Below are positions 18,737-29,659 of a stretch of DNA of 64,000 bases, piece by piece (position 1 is the first letter of the stretch; each line of letters begins with the position of its first letter). The notes beneath the pieces were generated by a model, which did not search any database, was not told the origin of the DNA, and saw only the letters and a program-made list of their open reading frames with translations. Origin of the DNA: Anaeromyxobacter sp. (GTDB lineage Bacteria; Myxococcota; Myxococcia; Myxococcales; Anaeromyxobacteraceae); assembly GCA_049840735.1 (NCBI GenBank), contig JASGJN010000011.1, positions 32,001-96,000 of the forward strand. The letters are read 5' to 3'. A program made the translations under genes and the position numbers.

Positions 18737-20648
18737 GTGCCCTTGTTCGTCCGTTCCACCGCTCGATTCCTGTCCGTGGTGCCGGGATTCACCCGGCGCG
18801 AAACCCGCCGCTCGAGGGCCCGCCTGGTGGCGTGGACCCTCGCCGTCCTGGCGCTGCTGGGCGCCGCGGCGGCGCCGTCGATCGCGCTGCCGGCGCAGGC
18901 CTGGACGGCCAGCTCGCTGGAGAAGATCCGTCCCTCGGCCGCGGCCAGGAGCACCACCTCCGCCAGCGTCTCGGCGGCGCGCAACGAGAACCGAGGCCTT
19001 CCAGGTGGTGGTGACCGGCCCGGCCAGCGGCGTGTCCGCCACGGCGACCACGCTCTCCGGCCCGGGCACGCTCCCGGCCCCCGCGCTCTACCGCGAGGCG
19101 CTCATCAACCTGCAGAACGCCTCGGCGCTGGACGGCGGCACGGGCCGCTGGCCCGACGCGCTGGTGCCGGACGTGGACGCGTTCGCCGGGGAGCGGCGCA
19201 ACGCCTTCCCCTTCGACGTGCCGGCCGGTGAGAGCCGCGCCATCTGGGTGGAGGTGAAGGTCCCCGCCGACGCGGCGCCGGGCAGCTACCAGGGCTCGGT
19301 GCGCGTGACCTGGAGCGGCGGCTCCGCCGACGTGCCGGTCGCGCTCACGGTCTGGCCCTTCACCCTCCCCGCCACCGCCTCGCTCAAGAGCGCGTTCAGC
19401 TTCTCCTGGGGCGCCATCCCCTCCGAGCACGGGCTCTCCGCGGGCGACGCCTACTCGCGGCTGCGCGTGCGCTACGGGCAGCTGGCGCTCATGAACCGGG
19501 TGACCCTCTCCCACGTGGACGACGGCAACGCCTCGCTCGCCCACCTCGACCAGTTCTACGGCGCGAGCCTGGACGGCACCGACCCGGCGCTGGACGGGGC
19601 GCGCATGACCAGCTTCGAGCTGATGGGGCCGGCCTCGAGCTGGGCGCCCTACTTCCAGGGCCAGGGCTGGCTGGACCGGCTCTTCCAGTACACCTGCGAC
19701 GAGCCCCCGCTCACCTGCGCCTGGAGCGACATCCCCGCCCGCGCCAAGGTGGCCCGCGACGCCACGCCCTCGGTGCGCACGCTGGTCACCACCACCATCC
19801 AGGAGGCCAACGACCACGGCGTGGCCTCGTCCATCGACATCATGGTGCCGGTGGTGAACTACATGGAGGACCGGCCTGGCATGGGCCGCTTCTCCGGCTC
19901 GCAGCGCGCGGCCTACGACTCCTTCCTGGCCGCCTCGCCCAGGCGCGAGCTCTGGATGTACCAGAGCTGCATGAGCCACGGCTGCGGCGGCACCGTCAAC
20001 TTCGGCTCGCCCAGCGCGTCCGACCAGTACTTCACCGGCTGGCCCAGCTACGTGATCGACGCCTCGGCCGTCCGCAACCGCGCCATGCAGTGGCTCGACT
20101 TCCGCTTCGGGGTGACCGGCGAGCTCTACTTCGAGACCGCCATGGCCTACGGCCACGACCCGTGGACCAACCAGTGGGACTTCTCCGGCAACGGCGACGG
20201 GACGCTCTTCTACCCGGGCACCCCGGCCAAGATCGGCGGCACCACGCACATCCCGGTGGCCTCGCTGCGCCTGGCGCAGATCCGCGACGGCATGGAGGAC
20301 TACGAGTACCTGAAGCTGCTCTCCGACCTCGGGGACGGCGCGGGGGCCCAGGCGATCGCCGCCCGCCTCTTCCCGCACGCCTACCAGACCGAGGCCGCGC
20401 CCGCGGACCTGGCGGCGGCGCGGCAGGAGCTGGCCGAGCGGATCATCGCCATCGTGGCGCCGGGCACGCCGACCGATCCGCCCAACCCGGGCGATCCCAC
20501 CCCCACGCCCACGCCCGACCCGGGCACCGACCCGGTGCCGACGCCGGCGGCCTCCAACGCCGCGGGCGGCTGCAACGCCGGCGGCGCCGCGGGGCTCTTG
20601 GCGCTGCTGGGGCTGGCGGGCGCGCTGCGCCGGCGGCGGCGCAGCTGA
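18737..20648 (+). CDS. DUF4091 / GH123-like glycoside hydrolase with MYXO-CTERM anchor; frameshift near 18989
   Basis: Signal peptide, ARNE.EAFQVV, WPDALVP, DEP, NGDGTLFYPG, SLRL..IRDGMEDYEY, Pro/Thr linker, GGC-hydrophobic-RRRRR tail. Confidence 0.82.
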
Positions 20649-20657
20649 CCTGCGGCG

Positions 20658-20790
20658 CCCTTCGACTCCGCCGCGGCGCTGCCGCGGCTACGCTTCGGCT
20701 ACGCTTCGGCTACGCTCAGGGCGAACGGTCTACCCATCCGGTCGGCCTGAGCGTAGGGCCCGCCGGCAGGCGGGCCCGGAGTCGAAGGCC
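20658..20790. repeat. Inverted pair of family A repeats (BIME/REPIN-like)
   Basis: Reverse copy 20658-20728 (with internal GGCTACGCTTC x3) and forward copy 20738-20790 between convergent genes. Confidence 0.85.
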
Positions 20791-20839
20791 AGGCCTCGAG
20801 CGTCGACGCGAGAGCGCGGCGCCTCGAGGCCTGCCTCGG

Positions 20840-23497
20840 TCATTCGCGCCTGCGGCGGAGGGCGAGCAAGGCCAGGAGCCCGGCCAGCCCCGAGCCGCCG
20901 CTGCTGCAGCCGCCGCTCCGCGGGTTGCTGGGCGGGGGGTCCTCGGGTGGAGGAGGCGGTGGCGGAGGGGGTGGTGGAGGAGGAGGAGGAGGAGGAGGTG
21001 GTGGTGGTGGTGGTGGTGGTGGCGGCGGTGGAGGTGGCGGCGGGTCTGCGGCGAGCCCGACCGCGCGCAGCGTGGACGCGCCCTGATCCACCACCAGCCA
21101 GCGTCCATCCGGGAGCAGGGCGATGCCGGTAGGCACCGAGAACCGCGCCGTCGTGCCGTCCCCGTCCAGCGCGCCGGGGTCGCCGGTGCCGGCCCAGGTG
21201 CCGACCTGCCCGCCGGAGAGCCGGCGCAGCCGGGCGTTGCCGCCGTCGGCGACCAGCACGTCGGCGCCGTCGGCGGCCAGGCCGGCCACCGGCATGAAGC
21301 CGGCCTGCGCTGCGGCGCCGTCGGCGAAGCCGCCCGGCGGCGCGCCCGCCACCGTGGTCACGAGGTACGGCGGCGCGAGCTCGACCCGGCGGAGCGCGCG
21401 GTTGCCGGAGTCGAGCACCAGCAGGGCGCCGTCCAGCGCCAGCAGGTCGCCGGGGAAGCGGAGCGCGGCCTGCGCGCCCGGGCCGTCCGCCAGGTACTGC
21501 TGCGCCGGGCTGCCGGCGAGCGTGGTCACCTCGCCGGCCGGGGTGACCTTGCGGACGGCGCAGTTGCGCCGGTCGGCGAAGTAGAGGTCGTCGCCCACGA
21601 AGGCCAGGCCGGTGGGGCCGTCGAGCCGCGCCGCGGCGCCGGCGCCGTCGCTGAAGCCGGGCCACCCCGCCGCGCCGGCCAGCGTCTCGACCGCCCAGCC
21701 GCCGCTCCCTGGCCGCAGCCGAACCAGCCGATCGTTGCCGGTGTCGGCCACCACCACGGCGCCGTCTGGCGCCACGCTCACGCCCTGCGGCGAGCTCAGC
21801 CGCGCGGTCCGCCCCTCCCCGCCCCCGGGCGTGCCGTCGCCGACGATGGTCGTGACCACCCGCTCCCCGCCGGCGTCCATCCGGCGCACGGCGTGGTTGC
21901 CGGTGTCGGCGATCCAGACGTTGCCGGCGGCGTCCACCGCCGCGGCGGTGGGGCGGCGGAAGAGCGCCGTGGCCGCGGGGCCGTCGCGCAGCCCCTCGGT
22001 GAAGGCCTGGCCGGCCAGCGTGGCCACCGCCTCGGCGGCGCCCTGGAAGCTGACCTGCGGGAGCTGCGCGGGCAGCGGCCCGCCGTCGGTGGTGGGCGCG
22101 AGGCCGGCGCGGCGGAACAGGTTCTCCGTCATGCGCTGCACGCGCGCGTCGGCCCGGTCCGGATCCGAGAGCCCCCAGGTCCACTGGATGGTCCCGGCGG
22201 CGAAGACGAAGCCGCCGCCGGGCAGCTCGCGCGAGGCGGCCTCGTGGCGCTCGGGGAGGCCGTCCACGGTGGTGACGGGGGAGCGGGCCAGCACCCGCGT
22301 GCCGGCCGGCGTGCCGCTGCCGGCGTAGGTGCGGTCGCTCTCGTAGCCGACGATGCCGGGGATGGCGTCCCCGGGCGCGAGGCCGGTGCCGTCGAACAGC
22401 CAGTGCCCGGTGTCGCCCACCACCCAGGCCGCGTCCACCAGCTGCCAGCTGGCGTACATCGCGCCCATGAGCGCGTTCTCCGGCCAGGCCAGGGCGGGCG
22501 CGCGGAACTGCACGGTCACGAGCGGCGTGCCCGCCAGCGGATCGCGGGCAGACTGGCCCTTGTAGCAGACCTGCGTGCGCTGCGGCCGGGTGGGGTCGGC
22601 GCGCGAGGGCTCGAGCCGGATCTGCCAGTAGACGCTGTTGCCGGAGAGGAAGGCCGCGCTCGCGCCGGCGGCGAGGGCGGCCTCGAGGTGCTGGCGCTGG
22701 GCGCGCGTCCAGTACTCGTCGTGGCCGACGGACAGGAACAGCCGCTGCCCCTGGAGCAGGAGGGGATCGCGGTCCAGGTCCAGGTCGGTGGCGTAGACCA
22801 GGTCGAGCCCGCGCCCCTCCGCCCAGCGGACCAGGTCGTGCTCGTAGTCGAAGTACTGCCCCGCGCCGGCGCCCTCGGCGAAGGGCCGGTCGTACGAGAC
22901 CTCATGGGCGGGGCCGACGTAGAGGCTCCGGCCGCCCCACGGGTTGTAGGCCTGGTAGGTCGTGAAGGAGAGCTGCACCACGGCGGCGCCGCGCCGCGCG
23001 TCGTCGCGCAGCACGAAGATGGCGTACTGCTGCGGGCCGTCCTCGCGGGTGAGCTTGAGCAGGTAGACGCCGCTGGTCCAGTCCGCGCGGGTGGCCAGGG
23101 TGAAGCTGACCGGCCACTGGCACTCGACCAGCCCGGTGTCGGCGGCGGGCGCAGGGGTGGGCTGCGGGCCCACCGCGACGGGTCCGCCGCGCGCCACCAG
23201 CCGGGCCTCGGCGCCGCCGTACCATCCCATCCGGAAGAGCTTCCAGGTGAGGGTGTGCGCGCCGTCGGCCCGCACGTGCAGGTCCACGGGCTCGCCGCCG
23301 GCCACGCTGGCCGCGCTGGCGTAGGCCTCCAGCTGCCCGGGGGCCGCGCGCTGCGTGAGCCGCCAGCTGGCGTCCCCGGGCAGCGCGTTCTCCGCGGCGA
23401 TGGGGTTCGTGGCCTGGGCCGCGGCCGGGCCTGCCAGCGCAGCGAGCAGCGTCAGCCCCAGGATGCGCCAGCGGCACCCGCTCGTGCCCACGCCCAT
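20840..23497 (-). CDS. Surface protein: N,N-dimethylformamidase beta-subunit-like domain + NHL repeats + poly-Pro + MYXO-CTERM
   Basis: [37 protein letters not shown] motifs ([10 protein letters not shown]); 33 prolines; GGC...RRRR tail. Confidence 0.85.
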   Translation of the reverse strand: MGVGTSGCRWRILGLTLLAALAGPAAAQATNPIAAENALPGDASWRLTQRAAPGQLEAYASAASVAGGEPVDLHVRADGAHTLTWKLFRMGWYGGAEARLVARGGPVAVGPQPTPAPAADTGLVECQWPVSFTLATRADWTSGVYLLKLTREDGPQQYAIFVLRDDARRGAAVVQLSFTTYQAYNPWGGRSLYVGPAHEVSYDRPFAEGAGAGQYFDYEHDLVRWAEGRGLDLVYATDLDLDRDPLLLQGQRLFLSVGHDEYWTRAQRQHLEAALAAGASAAFLSGNSVYWQIRLEPSRADPTRPQRTQVCYKGQSARDPLAGTPLVTVQFRAPALAWPENALMGAMYASWQLVDAAWVVGDTGHWLFDGTGLAPGDAIPGIVGYESDRTYAGSGTPAGTRVLARSPVTTVDGLPERHEAASRELPGGGFVFAAGTIQWTWGLSDPDRADARVQRMTENLFRRAGLAPTTDGGPLPAQLPQVSFQGAAEAVATLAGQAFTEGLRDGPAATALFRRPTAAAVDAAGNVWIADTGNHAVRRMDAGGERVVTTIVGDGTPGGGEGRTARLSSPQGVSVAPDGAVVVADTGNDRLVRLRPGSGGWAVETLAGAAGWPGFSDGAGAAARLDGPTGLAFVGDDLYFADRRNCAVRKVTPAGEVTTLAGSPAQQYLADGPGAQAALRFPGDLLALDGALLVLDSGNRALRRVELAPPYLVTTVAGAPPGGFADGAAAQAGFMPVAGLAADGADVLVADGGNARLRRLSGGQVGTWAGTGDPGALDGDGTTARFSVPTGIALLPDGRWLVVDQGASTLRAVGLAADPPPPPPPPPPPPPPPPPPPPPPPPPPPPPPPPPEDPPPSNPRSGGCSSGGSGLAGLLALLALRRRRE

Positions 23498-23721
23498 CCA
23501 CCCTCCCCCGCCTGGCGCAGCTGCAGCCGCCCCCACGTCTGCACGAGATGCGTGCGCAGGCGTCCCCGGGAAACTGCCATGCCGGAGGTTGGCCGCGTGC
23601 GGGACGGCGCGCGGCGCCTGGGACCATTGACACAGGGCGTCGTCGGGGGCTCTCCTCACCCCGAGCTTTCGCCGCTCGCCGCAGGTCGCCTGCGGCTCGA
23701 CCCCGCCGAGGAGGGCGCACC

Positions 23722-26031
23722 GTGGCCACCGACTTCACCCCCCCGAAGAACCCGCCCGAGGCGCCCGTCCAGAAGAAGGGCGTGAAGCGCGAGGAGGCGC
23801 TCGCGTACCACGAGGCCGGAAGGCCGGGGAAGATCGAGGTCGTCCCGACCAAGCCCTGCGCCACGGCCCGCGATCTCTCGCTGGCCTACTCGCCGGGCGT
23901 GGCCGAGCCCTGCCTGGCCATTGAGAAGGAGCCGGACCTCTCCTACCGCTACACGGCGCGCGGCAACCTGGTGGCGGTGATCTCCAACGGCACGGCGGTG
24001 CTGGGGCTGGGCGACATCGGCGCGCTGGCGGGCAAGCCGGTGATGGAGGGCAAGGGGGTCCTCTTCAAGAAGTTCGCCGACATCGACGTCTTCGACATCG
24101 AGGTGGCGGAGAAGGACGTGGACCGGTTCTGCCAGGTGGTGAAGGCGCTGGAGCCCACCTTCGGCGGCGTGAACCTGGAGGACATCAAGGCGCCGGAGTG
24201 CTTCATCGTCGAGGCGCGGCTCAAGAAGGAGATGCAGATCCCGGTCTTCCACGACGACCAGCACGGCACGGCCATCATCTCCGGCGCGGCGCTGCTCAAC
24301 GCGGTGGAGCTGGCCGGCAAGAAGATCGACCAGGTGAAGGTGGTGGTCTCCGGCGCGGGCGCGTCGGCCATCGCCTGCACGCGCTTCTACCTCGCGCTGG
24401 GCGTGAGGCGCGAGAACGTCGTCATGTGCGACACGAAGGGCGTGGTCTTCAAGGGTCGCAAGGAGGGCATGAACGAGTGGAAGGCGGAGTTCGCGTCGGA
24501 CACCAAGGCGCGGACGCTGGCCGAGGCGGCGGTGGGGGCGGACGTCCTGCTGGGCTGCTCGGTGAAGGGGCAGTTCACGCCGGAGATGATCGCCTCGATG
24601 GCGAAGGACCCCATCGTCTTCGCGCTGGCCAACCCTGATCCGGAGATCGGCTACCCGGAGGCCAAGGCGGTGCGCCCCGACCTGATCATGGCCACGGGCC
24701 GCTCCGACTACCCGAACCAGGTCAACAACGTGCTGGGCTTCCCGTACATCTTCCGCGGCGCGCTGGACGTGCGCGCCAAGGCCATCACGGAGGAGATGAA
24801 GATGGCGGCGGCCCGGGCGCTGGCGGCGCTGGCCCGCGAGGACGTGCCGGACTCGGTGTCGCGCGCCTACGGCGGCGAGCGGTTCACCTTCGGCCGCGAC
24901 TACATCATCCCGAAGCCGCTCGATCCGCGCGCGCTGCTCTGGGTGGCGCCGGCGGTGGCGGAGGCGGCGGTGGCGGGCGACGTGGCCCGGCTCACCCTGG
25001 ACCTGGATCGCTACCGCGAGGCGCTGCGGAGCCGCCAGAGCCGGGCGGCGCAGGTGATGGGCGGCATCTTCTCCAAGGCGCGGGGCAAGCCGGCCCGCAT
25101 CGCCTTCACGGAAGGTGACCACCCGAAGGTCCAGCAGGCGGCGGCGATCCTGCGCGAGGAGGCGATCTGCGAGCCGGTGCTGCTGGGGCCGGTGGAGACG
25201 ATCCGCAGCGCCATCGCCGACCAGGAGGCGCTGGAGGGCGTGACGGTGATCGACCCGCACGGCCACCCGGACTTCGAGCGGTACGCGGCCCGGCTCTGGG
25301 AGCTGCGGGCCCGCCACGGCGTCACGCTGGAGGACGCGCGGCGCCGGCTCCGCGGCCGCTCCACCTTCGCCACCCTGATGCTGGAGACGGGCGCGGTGGA
25401 CGGCCTGGTCTCGGGCCTCACCACCAGCTACGGCGAGGCGATCCGCGCCCCGCTGGAGGTGATCCGCACCCGGCCGGGCCGGCGGGCGGCGGGCGTGCAC
25501 ATCGTGGTCACGAAGAACGACTTCAAGTTCTTCGCCGACTGCACGGTCAACATCGACCCGACCGCGGAGGAGCTGGCGGACATCGCGGTGGAGACGGCGG
25601 CGCTGGCGCGCTCCTTCGAGGTGACGCCGCGGATCGCCTTCCTGAGCTACTCCACCTTCGGCTCGGCGCGCGGCGCCAGCCCGGCCAAGATGCGCGCGGC
25701 GGCCGAGCGGGTCCGCAAGCTGCACCCGGACCTCGAGGTGGAGGGCGAGGTGCAGGCCTACGTCTCGCTCAGCGAGGACGTGCGGCGCACGGAGTTCCCC
25801 TTCTCGACGCTGCAGAGCGACGCGAACGTCTTCGTCTTCCCGGACCTGGACGCCGCCAACATCAGCTACCAGCTGCTGCAGCAGCTGGGCGGCGCCGAGA
25901 CCATCGGGCCGGTGCTGCTGGGCATGAGCAAGCCGGTCAACATCCTGCAGATGGGCTGCTCGGTGCAGGCCATCGTCAACATGGCGGGGCTCACCGCCCT
26001 CAAGGTGCAGGGCGAGCAGTTCGACTACTGA
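23722..26031 (+). CDS. maeB: NADP-dependent malic enzyme with phosphotransacetylase-like domain
   Basis: [42 protein letters not shown]-like C-terminal domain. Confidence 0.97.
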   Translation: MATDFTPPKNPPEAPVQKKGVKREEALAYHEAGRPGKIEVVPTKPCATARDLSLAYSPGVAEPCLAIEKEPDLSYRYTARGNLVAVISNGTAVLGLGDIGALAGKPVMEGKGVLFKKFADIDVFDIEVAEKDVDRFCQVVKALEPTFGGVNLEDIKAPECFIVEARLKKEMQIPVFHDDQHGTAIISGAALLNAVELAGKKIDQVKVVVSGAGASAIACTRFYLALGVRRENVVMCDTKGVVFKGRKEGMNEWKAEFASDTKARTLAEAAVGADVLLGCSVKGQFTPEMIASMAKDPIVFALANPDPEIGYPEAKAVRPDLIMATGRSDYPNQVNNVLGFPYIFRGALDVRAKAITEEMKMAAARALAALAREDVPDSVSRAYGGERFTFGRDYIIPKPLDPRALLWVAPAVAEAAVAGDVARLTLDLDRYREALRSRQSRAAQVMGGIFSKARGKPARIAFTEGDHPKVQQAAAILREEAICEPVLLGPVETIRSAIADQEALEGVTVIDPHGHPDFERYAARLWELRARHGVTLEDARRRLRGRSTFATLMLETGAVDGLVSGLTTSYGEAIRAPLEVIRTRPGRRAAGVHIVVTKNDFKFFADCTVNIDPTAEELADIAVETAALARSFEVTPRIAFLSYSTFGSARGASPAKMRAAAERVRKLHPDLEVEGEVQAYVSLSEDVRRTEFPFSTLQSDANVFVFPDLDAANISYQLLQQLGGAETIGPVLLGMSKPVNILQMGCSVQAIVNMAGLTALKVQGEQFDY

Positions 26032-26108
26032 CCGTCCGGGCCGGCCAGGCCGGCCCGGACCGCCTCCGGCGTCGAACGCGCGACCGCTCCAGCCGGCTGC
26101 GGTCGATT

Positions 26109-26202
26109 CCGTTCGGCCTGAGCGTAGGGCGCGCGCCCAGCGCGCCCGGAGTCGAAGGCCAAGGGCTCCAAGCAAGCCGTTCGCCCTGAGCCTGTCGAAG
26201 GG
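26109..26202 (+). repeat. Two family A repeats: long form 26109-26160, short form 26177-26202
   Basis: CCGTTCGGCCTGAGCGTAG...GGAGTCGAAGGCC and CCGTTCGCCCTGAGCCTGTCGAAGGG. Confidence 0.8.
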
Positions 26203-26352
26203 CGAGCGGGACGGCTTTCGGCATCGTCCCTGCGCGCCACCGGAACGGCCGCTTCGCTCGGACTTGCTGGAGCTTTCGCGGCGCAGTCGTGCGTCGCGCT
26301 CCGGGAGCTGCAGCGCTCTCGCGGCGCTGGCCGTGGCCGACGCCTCGCGCCT

Positions 26353-27120
26353 TCAGGGCGCTCGCGCCGCGCCCGCCCCTTCGCCGTGATCGAACGCCCC
26401 GCGCTCCAGGAAGCTGAGCACCTGCCGCTGCACCTCGGCGTCGTCCATCATGAAGGTGTGCGTCACCGGCAGCACCAGGTGATCGGCGGCGCCCTCGAGC
26501 CGGGTCCGCTCCACGGTCACCTTCCCGTCGTCGGGGCCGGGGAGCATGAGGCTGTTGATCAGGTTCCAGGAGCGGTTGCCGGCCACGATGCCGAGCGGGA
26601 AGGTGGCGGGGCCGAGCCGGTTGGGGAGCGAGCCGGGGCCGGTGCCGAGCTCGCCGCCGGCGGGGCCGTTCACCTTGCGGAAGAGCCAGAGGTCGCCCAG
26701 CCGGTCCACCACCTCGCTGCCGCGGTTGGGCGGGCCGAGCATGACCACGCGCCCGAGCTCGGGGAGCGGGTGGCGGGCCAGCCAGCTGCGCACCAGGATG
26801 CCGCCCATGGAGTGGGTGACGAAGTGGACGCGGGTTGCGCCGGCGGCGCGGCGGCGCTCCACGGCCGGGCCGATGGCCTGGTCGGCGAGCGCCTCGGCCG
26901 CGGCGCTGGTGGAGGGGTAGTCGACGTTGTCTACCTGGTAGCCGGCGTCCTCGAGCGCGCGCGCCAGCCCGGACATGGCGCCGGCGGAGCGCGCCAGCCC
27001 GTGCAGCACGATGACGTGCTCGCCGACGTGCGCTCGCGGCGCGGGCTCACCGGCCTGGACGGCGGGGCCGGCCAGCGTGAGCGCGAGGGCGGAGAGCAGG
27101 CGGCGGGCGCGGAGCGGCAC
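26353..27120 (-). CDS. Secreted alpha/beta hydrolase (lipase/esterase-like)
   Basis: Signal peptide, LHGL, THSMGG nucleophile elbow, PPNRGS, DGKV, HTF. Confidence 0.88.
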   Translation of the reverse strand: MPLRARRLLSALALTLAGPAVQAGEPAPRAHVGEHVIVLHGLARSAGAMSGLARALEDAGYQVDNVDYPSTSAAAEALADQAIGPAVERRRAAGATRVHFVTHSMGGILVRSWLARHPLPELGRVVMLGPPNRGSEVVDRLGDLWLFRKVNGPAGGELGTGPGSLPNRLGPATFPLGIVAGNRSWNLINSLMLPGPDDGKVTVERTRLEGAADHLVLPVTHTFMMDDAEVQRQVLSFLERGAFDHGEGAGAARAP

Positions 27121-27161
27121 GCCCGGCAGTCTACCGCGCCGCCGGGCGCCCCTGCGCGCGA

Positions 27162-27359
27162 TCAGCGGCGGGTGGGGCCGCCCTCGTCCTTGCCGCCGCG
27201 CCGCTGCGCCGGCTCGCCCTCGTCGCCGTGCTTCGCGTGACGCGTGGAGCGCTCGGCCCTGGTCCGCGCCTCCTCGGCCGCCCGCGCGCGGGCCGCAGCC
27301 TGCTCCGGCGTGTCCTGGTGCGGCGTGGCGCTGCCCTTCCCCAAATCCTTGAAGCCCAT
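27162..27359 (-). CDS. Small hydrophilic hypothetical protein
   Basis: 65-aa ATG ORF with GC3-biased codons, filling the gap between same-strand genes. Confidence 0.5.
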   Translation of the reverse strand: MGFKDLGKGSATPHQDTPEQAAARARAAEEARTRAERSTRHAKHGDEGEPAQRRGGKDEGGPTRR

Positions 27360-27478
27360 GGTTCGCCCCCGGCGTGTGTCCTCACCGGTGGTCTAACCAC
27401 CGCCCGCCAGCAGCGCAGCGAGCGGCCAGGGCGTGAGGCGCCCCTCCGACCGCGCGGCGGGCGGAGGGGCAGGCCAGG

Positions 27479-29554
27479 TCACCAGACCCGGACGCGCGCC
27501 TCCGGCGCGAGCCAGAGCGCCTGGCCCTCGCGCACGCCGAAGGCCGGGTACCACGCGTCCAGGTTGCGCACGGTGAGCGCGCGGTAGTGCCCGGGGGCGT
27601 GACCGTCGGTCATCAGGGCGCGCCGCGCCGACGGCTCGCGCTCCTTCTCCTCCCAGGTCTGCGCGAAGGCGAGGAAGAACTGCTGCTCGCCGGTGAAGCC
27701 GTCCACCACCGGCGCGTCGCGCCCGCCCAGCGAGGCGCGCCACGCGTCGTGCGCCGCCGCCAGGCCGGCCAGGTCGGCGATGTTCTCACCCAGCGTCAGC
27801 TTGCCGTTCACGCCCAGGTCCGGAAACGGGCGGTAGGCGTCGTACTGCTTCGACAGCGCGAGCCCCGCGGCCTGGAAGTGGGCCAGGTCCGCCTCGGTCC
27901 ACCAGCTGGCCAGCCGGCCCTGCGCGTCGAAGAGCGCGCCCTGGTCGTCGAAGGAGTGGCTGATCTCGTGGCCGATCACCGCGCCCAGGGCGCCGTACTT
28001 GGCCGCCGGCGTGGCGCGGGCGTCGAAGAAGGGCGGCTCCATGAAGCCGGCGGGGAACTGGATGCCGTTCCGGACCGGCAGGTTCACGGCGTTGACCTCG
28101 TGTGGCAGGAAGCACCACTCGCCGCGGTCCGGCGCCTGGCCGAGCTTGGCCAGGTTGCGGCGGTACTCGAAGCGCGAGCCGCGCTCCACGTTGCCGAACA
28201 GGTCGTCGGCCGCGATGGTGAGGCCGCCGTGGTCCCGCCAGCGGTCGGGGTAGCCGATCCCGACCTGCAGCGCCGCCAGCTTGGCCCGCGCGCTGGCCCG
28301 GGTCTCCGGCGCCATCCAGTGAAGCGCGTCGATGCGCCGGCCGAACGCGGCGCGGATGTTCTCCACCATGACCAGGATCTCGGCCTTGGAGCGGGCCGGG
28401 AAGTACTGCTCCACGTAGAGCTGCCCCAGCCCCTCGCCGATGACGCGATCCACCACCTCCAGGCCGCGCTTCCAGCGGGGGAGCTGCTCGGGCGTGCCGC
28501 TCAGCACCGTGCCGTGGAAGGCGAAGCTCTCGTCGGCCAGCGCGCGGGTCAGGTACGGCGCGGCGCGCTCGACGGCCCGCACGGCCAGGTAGTCGCGCCA
28601 GGTCTCGAGCGGCTCCTGCGCCGCCGCCGCCGCCAGCCCGGTCACGGCGGTCGGCTGCCAGACGACGAAGCCCGGCTGCCGGTCGAGCCCCGCCGCGGCC
28701 AGGAAGGCGGCCCAGTCCAGGCCGGGGGCCCGGGCCTCGAGGTCGGCGCGGGTCCAGCGGTTCCGGCCGCGCTCCACCTGGCCGGAGTCCTCGCGGGAGG
28801 CGTGGGTGGCCGCGAGGCGCGTCTCGAAGGCGACCACCCGCTCCGCCCGCGCCTCGGCGCGGTCGAAGCCGGCCAGCAGGAACATGCGCGCCAGGTGGGC
28901 GCGGTACTGCTGGCGCCCCTCGGCCAGCCGCGGGGAGTCGTCCAGGTAGTAGCTGCAATCCGGCAGCCCCAGCCCGCCCTGCACCAGGTAGGCGGCGTTG
29001 TGCGCCGGGTCCTGCATGTCCTGCTCCACCCAGAGCCCCAGCGGACGGCTGGTCCACATCCAGGTGCAGTTCATGATGTCCACGTCGGCGCGCACCGTCG
29101 CGCCCAGCTCGGCCGCCAGGGCGCGCCGGTCGGCCAGCCCGGCGATCCGGTCCAGCGCCGGCCGCAGCGGCGCCAGCCCGCGGCGCTCGATGGTGGCCTC
29201 GTCCATGTAGCTCAGGTACAGGTCGCCCACCTTGCGCGTGACGGTCCCGGCGGGCGCGCCGGCCTTCGCGGCCGCCTCCACCAGCGCGCGGTTGCGCCCC
29301 TCGACGGTCTCGAACACCCGCAGGAAGGCGCCGGTGCCGGAGCGGTCGGGCGGGATGACCGCCGACTTCATGAAGCCGCCGGCCGCGTGCAGGTAGAAGT
29401 CGTCGCCGGGGGCGACCACCGGGTCCATGGCGGCGCGGTCCACGGCCACCGTCCCCTGCGGCACCGCCGCGGCCGGGGCGGACGCGGGCGGCGCCGGGCG
29501 GGCGCAGGCGAGGACCAGGAGCAGGGCCGGCAAGGGCGAGCGACGCAGCGACAT
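27479..29554 (-). CDS. M13 family zinc metallopeptidase (PepO/neprilysin-like lipoprotein)
   Basis: PGDDFY, VNA, GHEISHSFD, GENIAD, H-A-P; lipobox LAC. Confidence 0.95.
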   Translation of the reverse strand: MSLRRSPLPALLLVLACARPAPPASAPAAAVPQGTVAVDRAAMDPVVAPGDDFYLHAAGGFMKSAVIPPDRSGTGAFLRVFETVEGRNRALVEAAAKAGAPAGTVTRKVGDLYLSYMDEATIERRGLAPLRPALDRIAGLADRRALAAELGATVRADVDIMNCTWMWTSRPLGLWVEQDMQDPAHNAAYLVQGGLGLPDCSYYLDDSPRLAEGRQQYRAHLARMFLLAGFDRAEARAERVVAFETRLAATHASREDSGQVERGRNRWTRADLEARAPGLDWAAFLAAAGLDRQPGFVVWQPTAVTGLAAAAAQEPLETWRDYLAVRAVERAAPYLTRALADESFAFHGTVLSGTPEQLPRWKRGLEVVDRVIGEGLGQLYVEQYFPARSKAEILVMVENIRAAFGRRIDALHWMAPETRASARAKLAALQVGIGYPDRWRDHGGLTIAADDLFGNVERGSRFEYRRNLAKLGQAPDRGEWCFLPHEVNAVNLPVRNGIQFPAGFMEPPFFDARATPAAKYGALGAVIGHEISHSFDDQGALFDAQGRLASWWTEADLAHFQAAGLALSKQYDAYRPFPDLGVNGKLTLGENIADLAGLAAAHDAWRASLGGRDAPVVDGFTGEQQFFLAFAQTWEEKEREPSARRALMTDGHAPGHYRALTVRNLDAWYPAFGVREGQALWLAPEARVRVW

Positions 29555-29659
29555 GGGCACCTCCGGGTGGACGCAGGTAGGGAGCGAGGGGGCGAGCGTT
29601 CGTGACCCGGAATCGTCAGGTGGTGGCGGGTGGCCAGGGGGCGGCTCCCGCCCGGGCGC

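Noticed and set aside
20686..20717. Short direct repeats as a CRISPR array
   Set aside because: 11-bp tandem duplication without spacers and no cas genes
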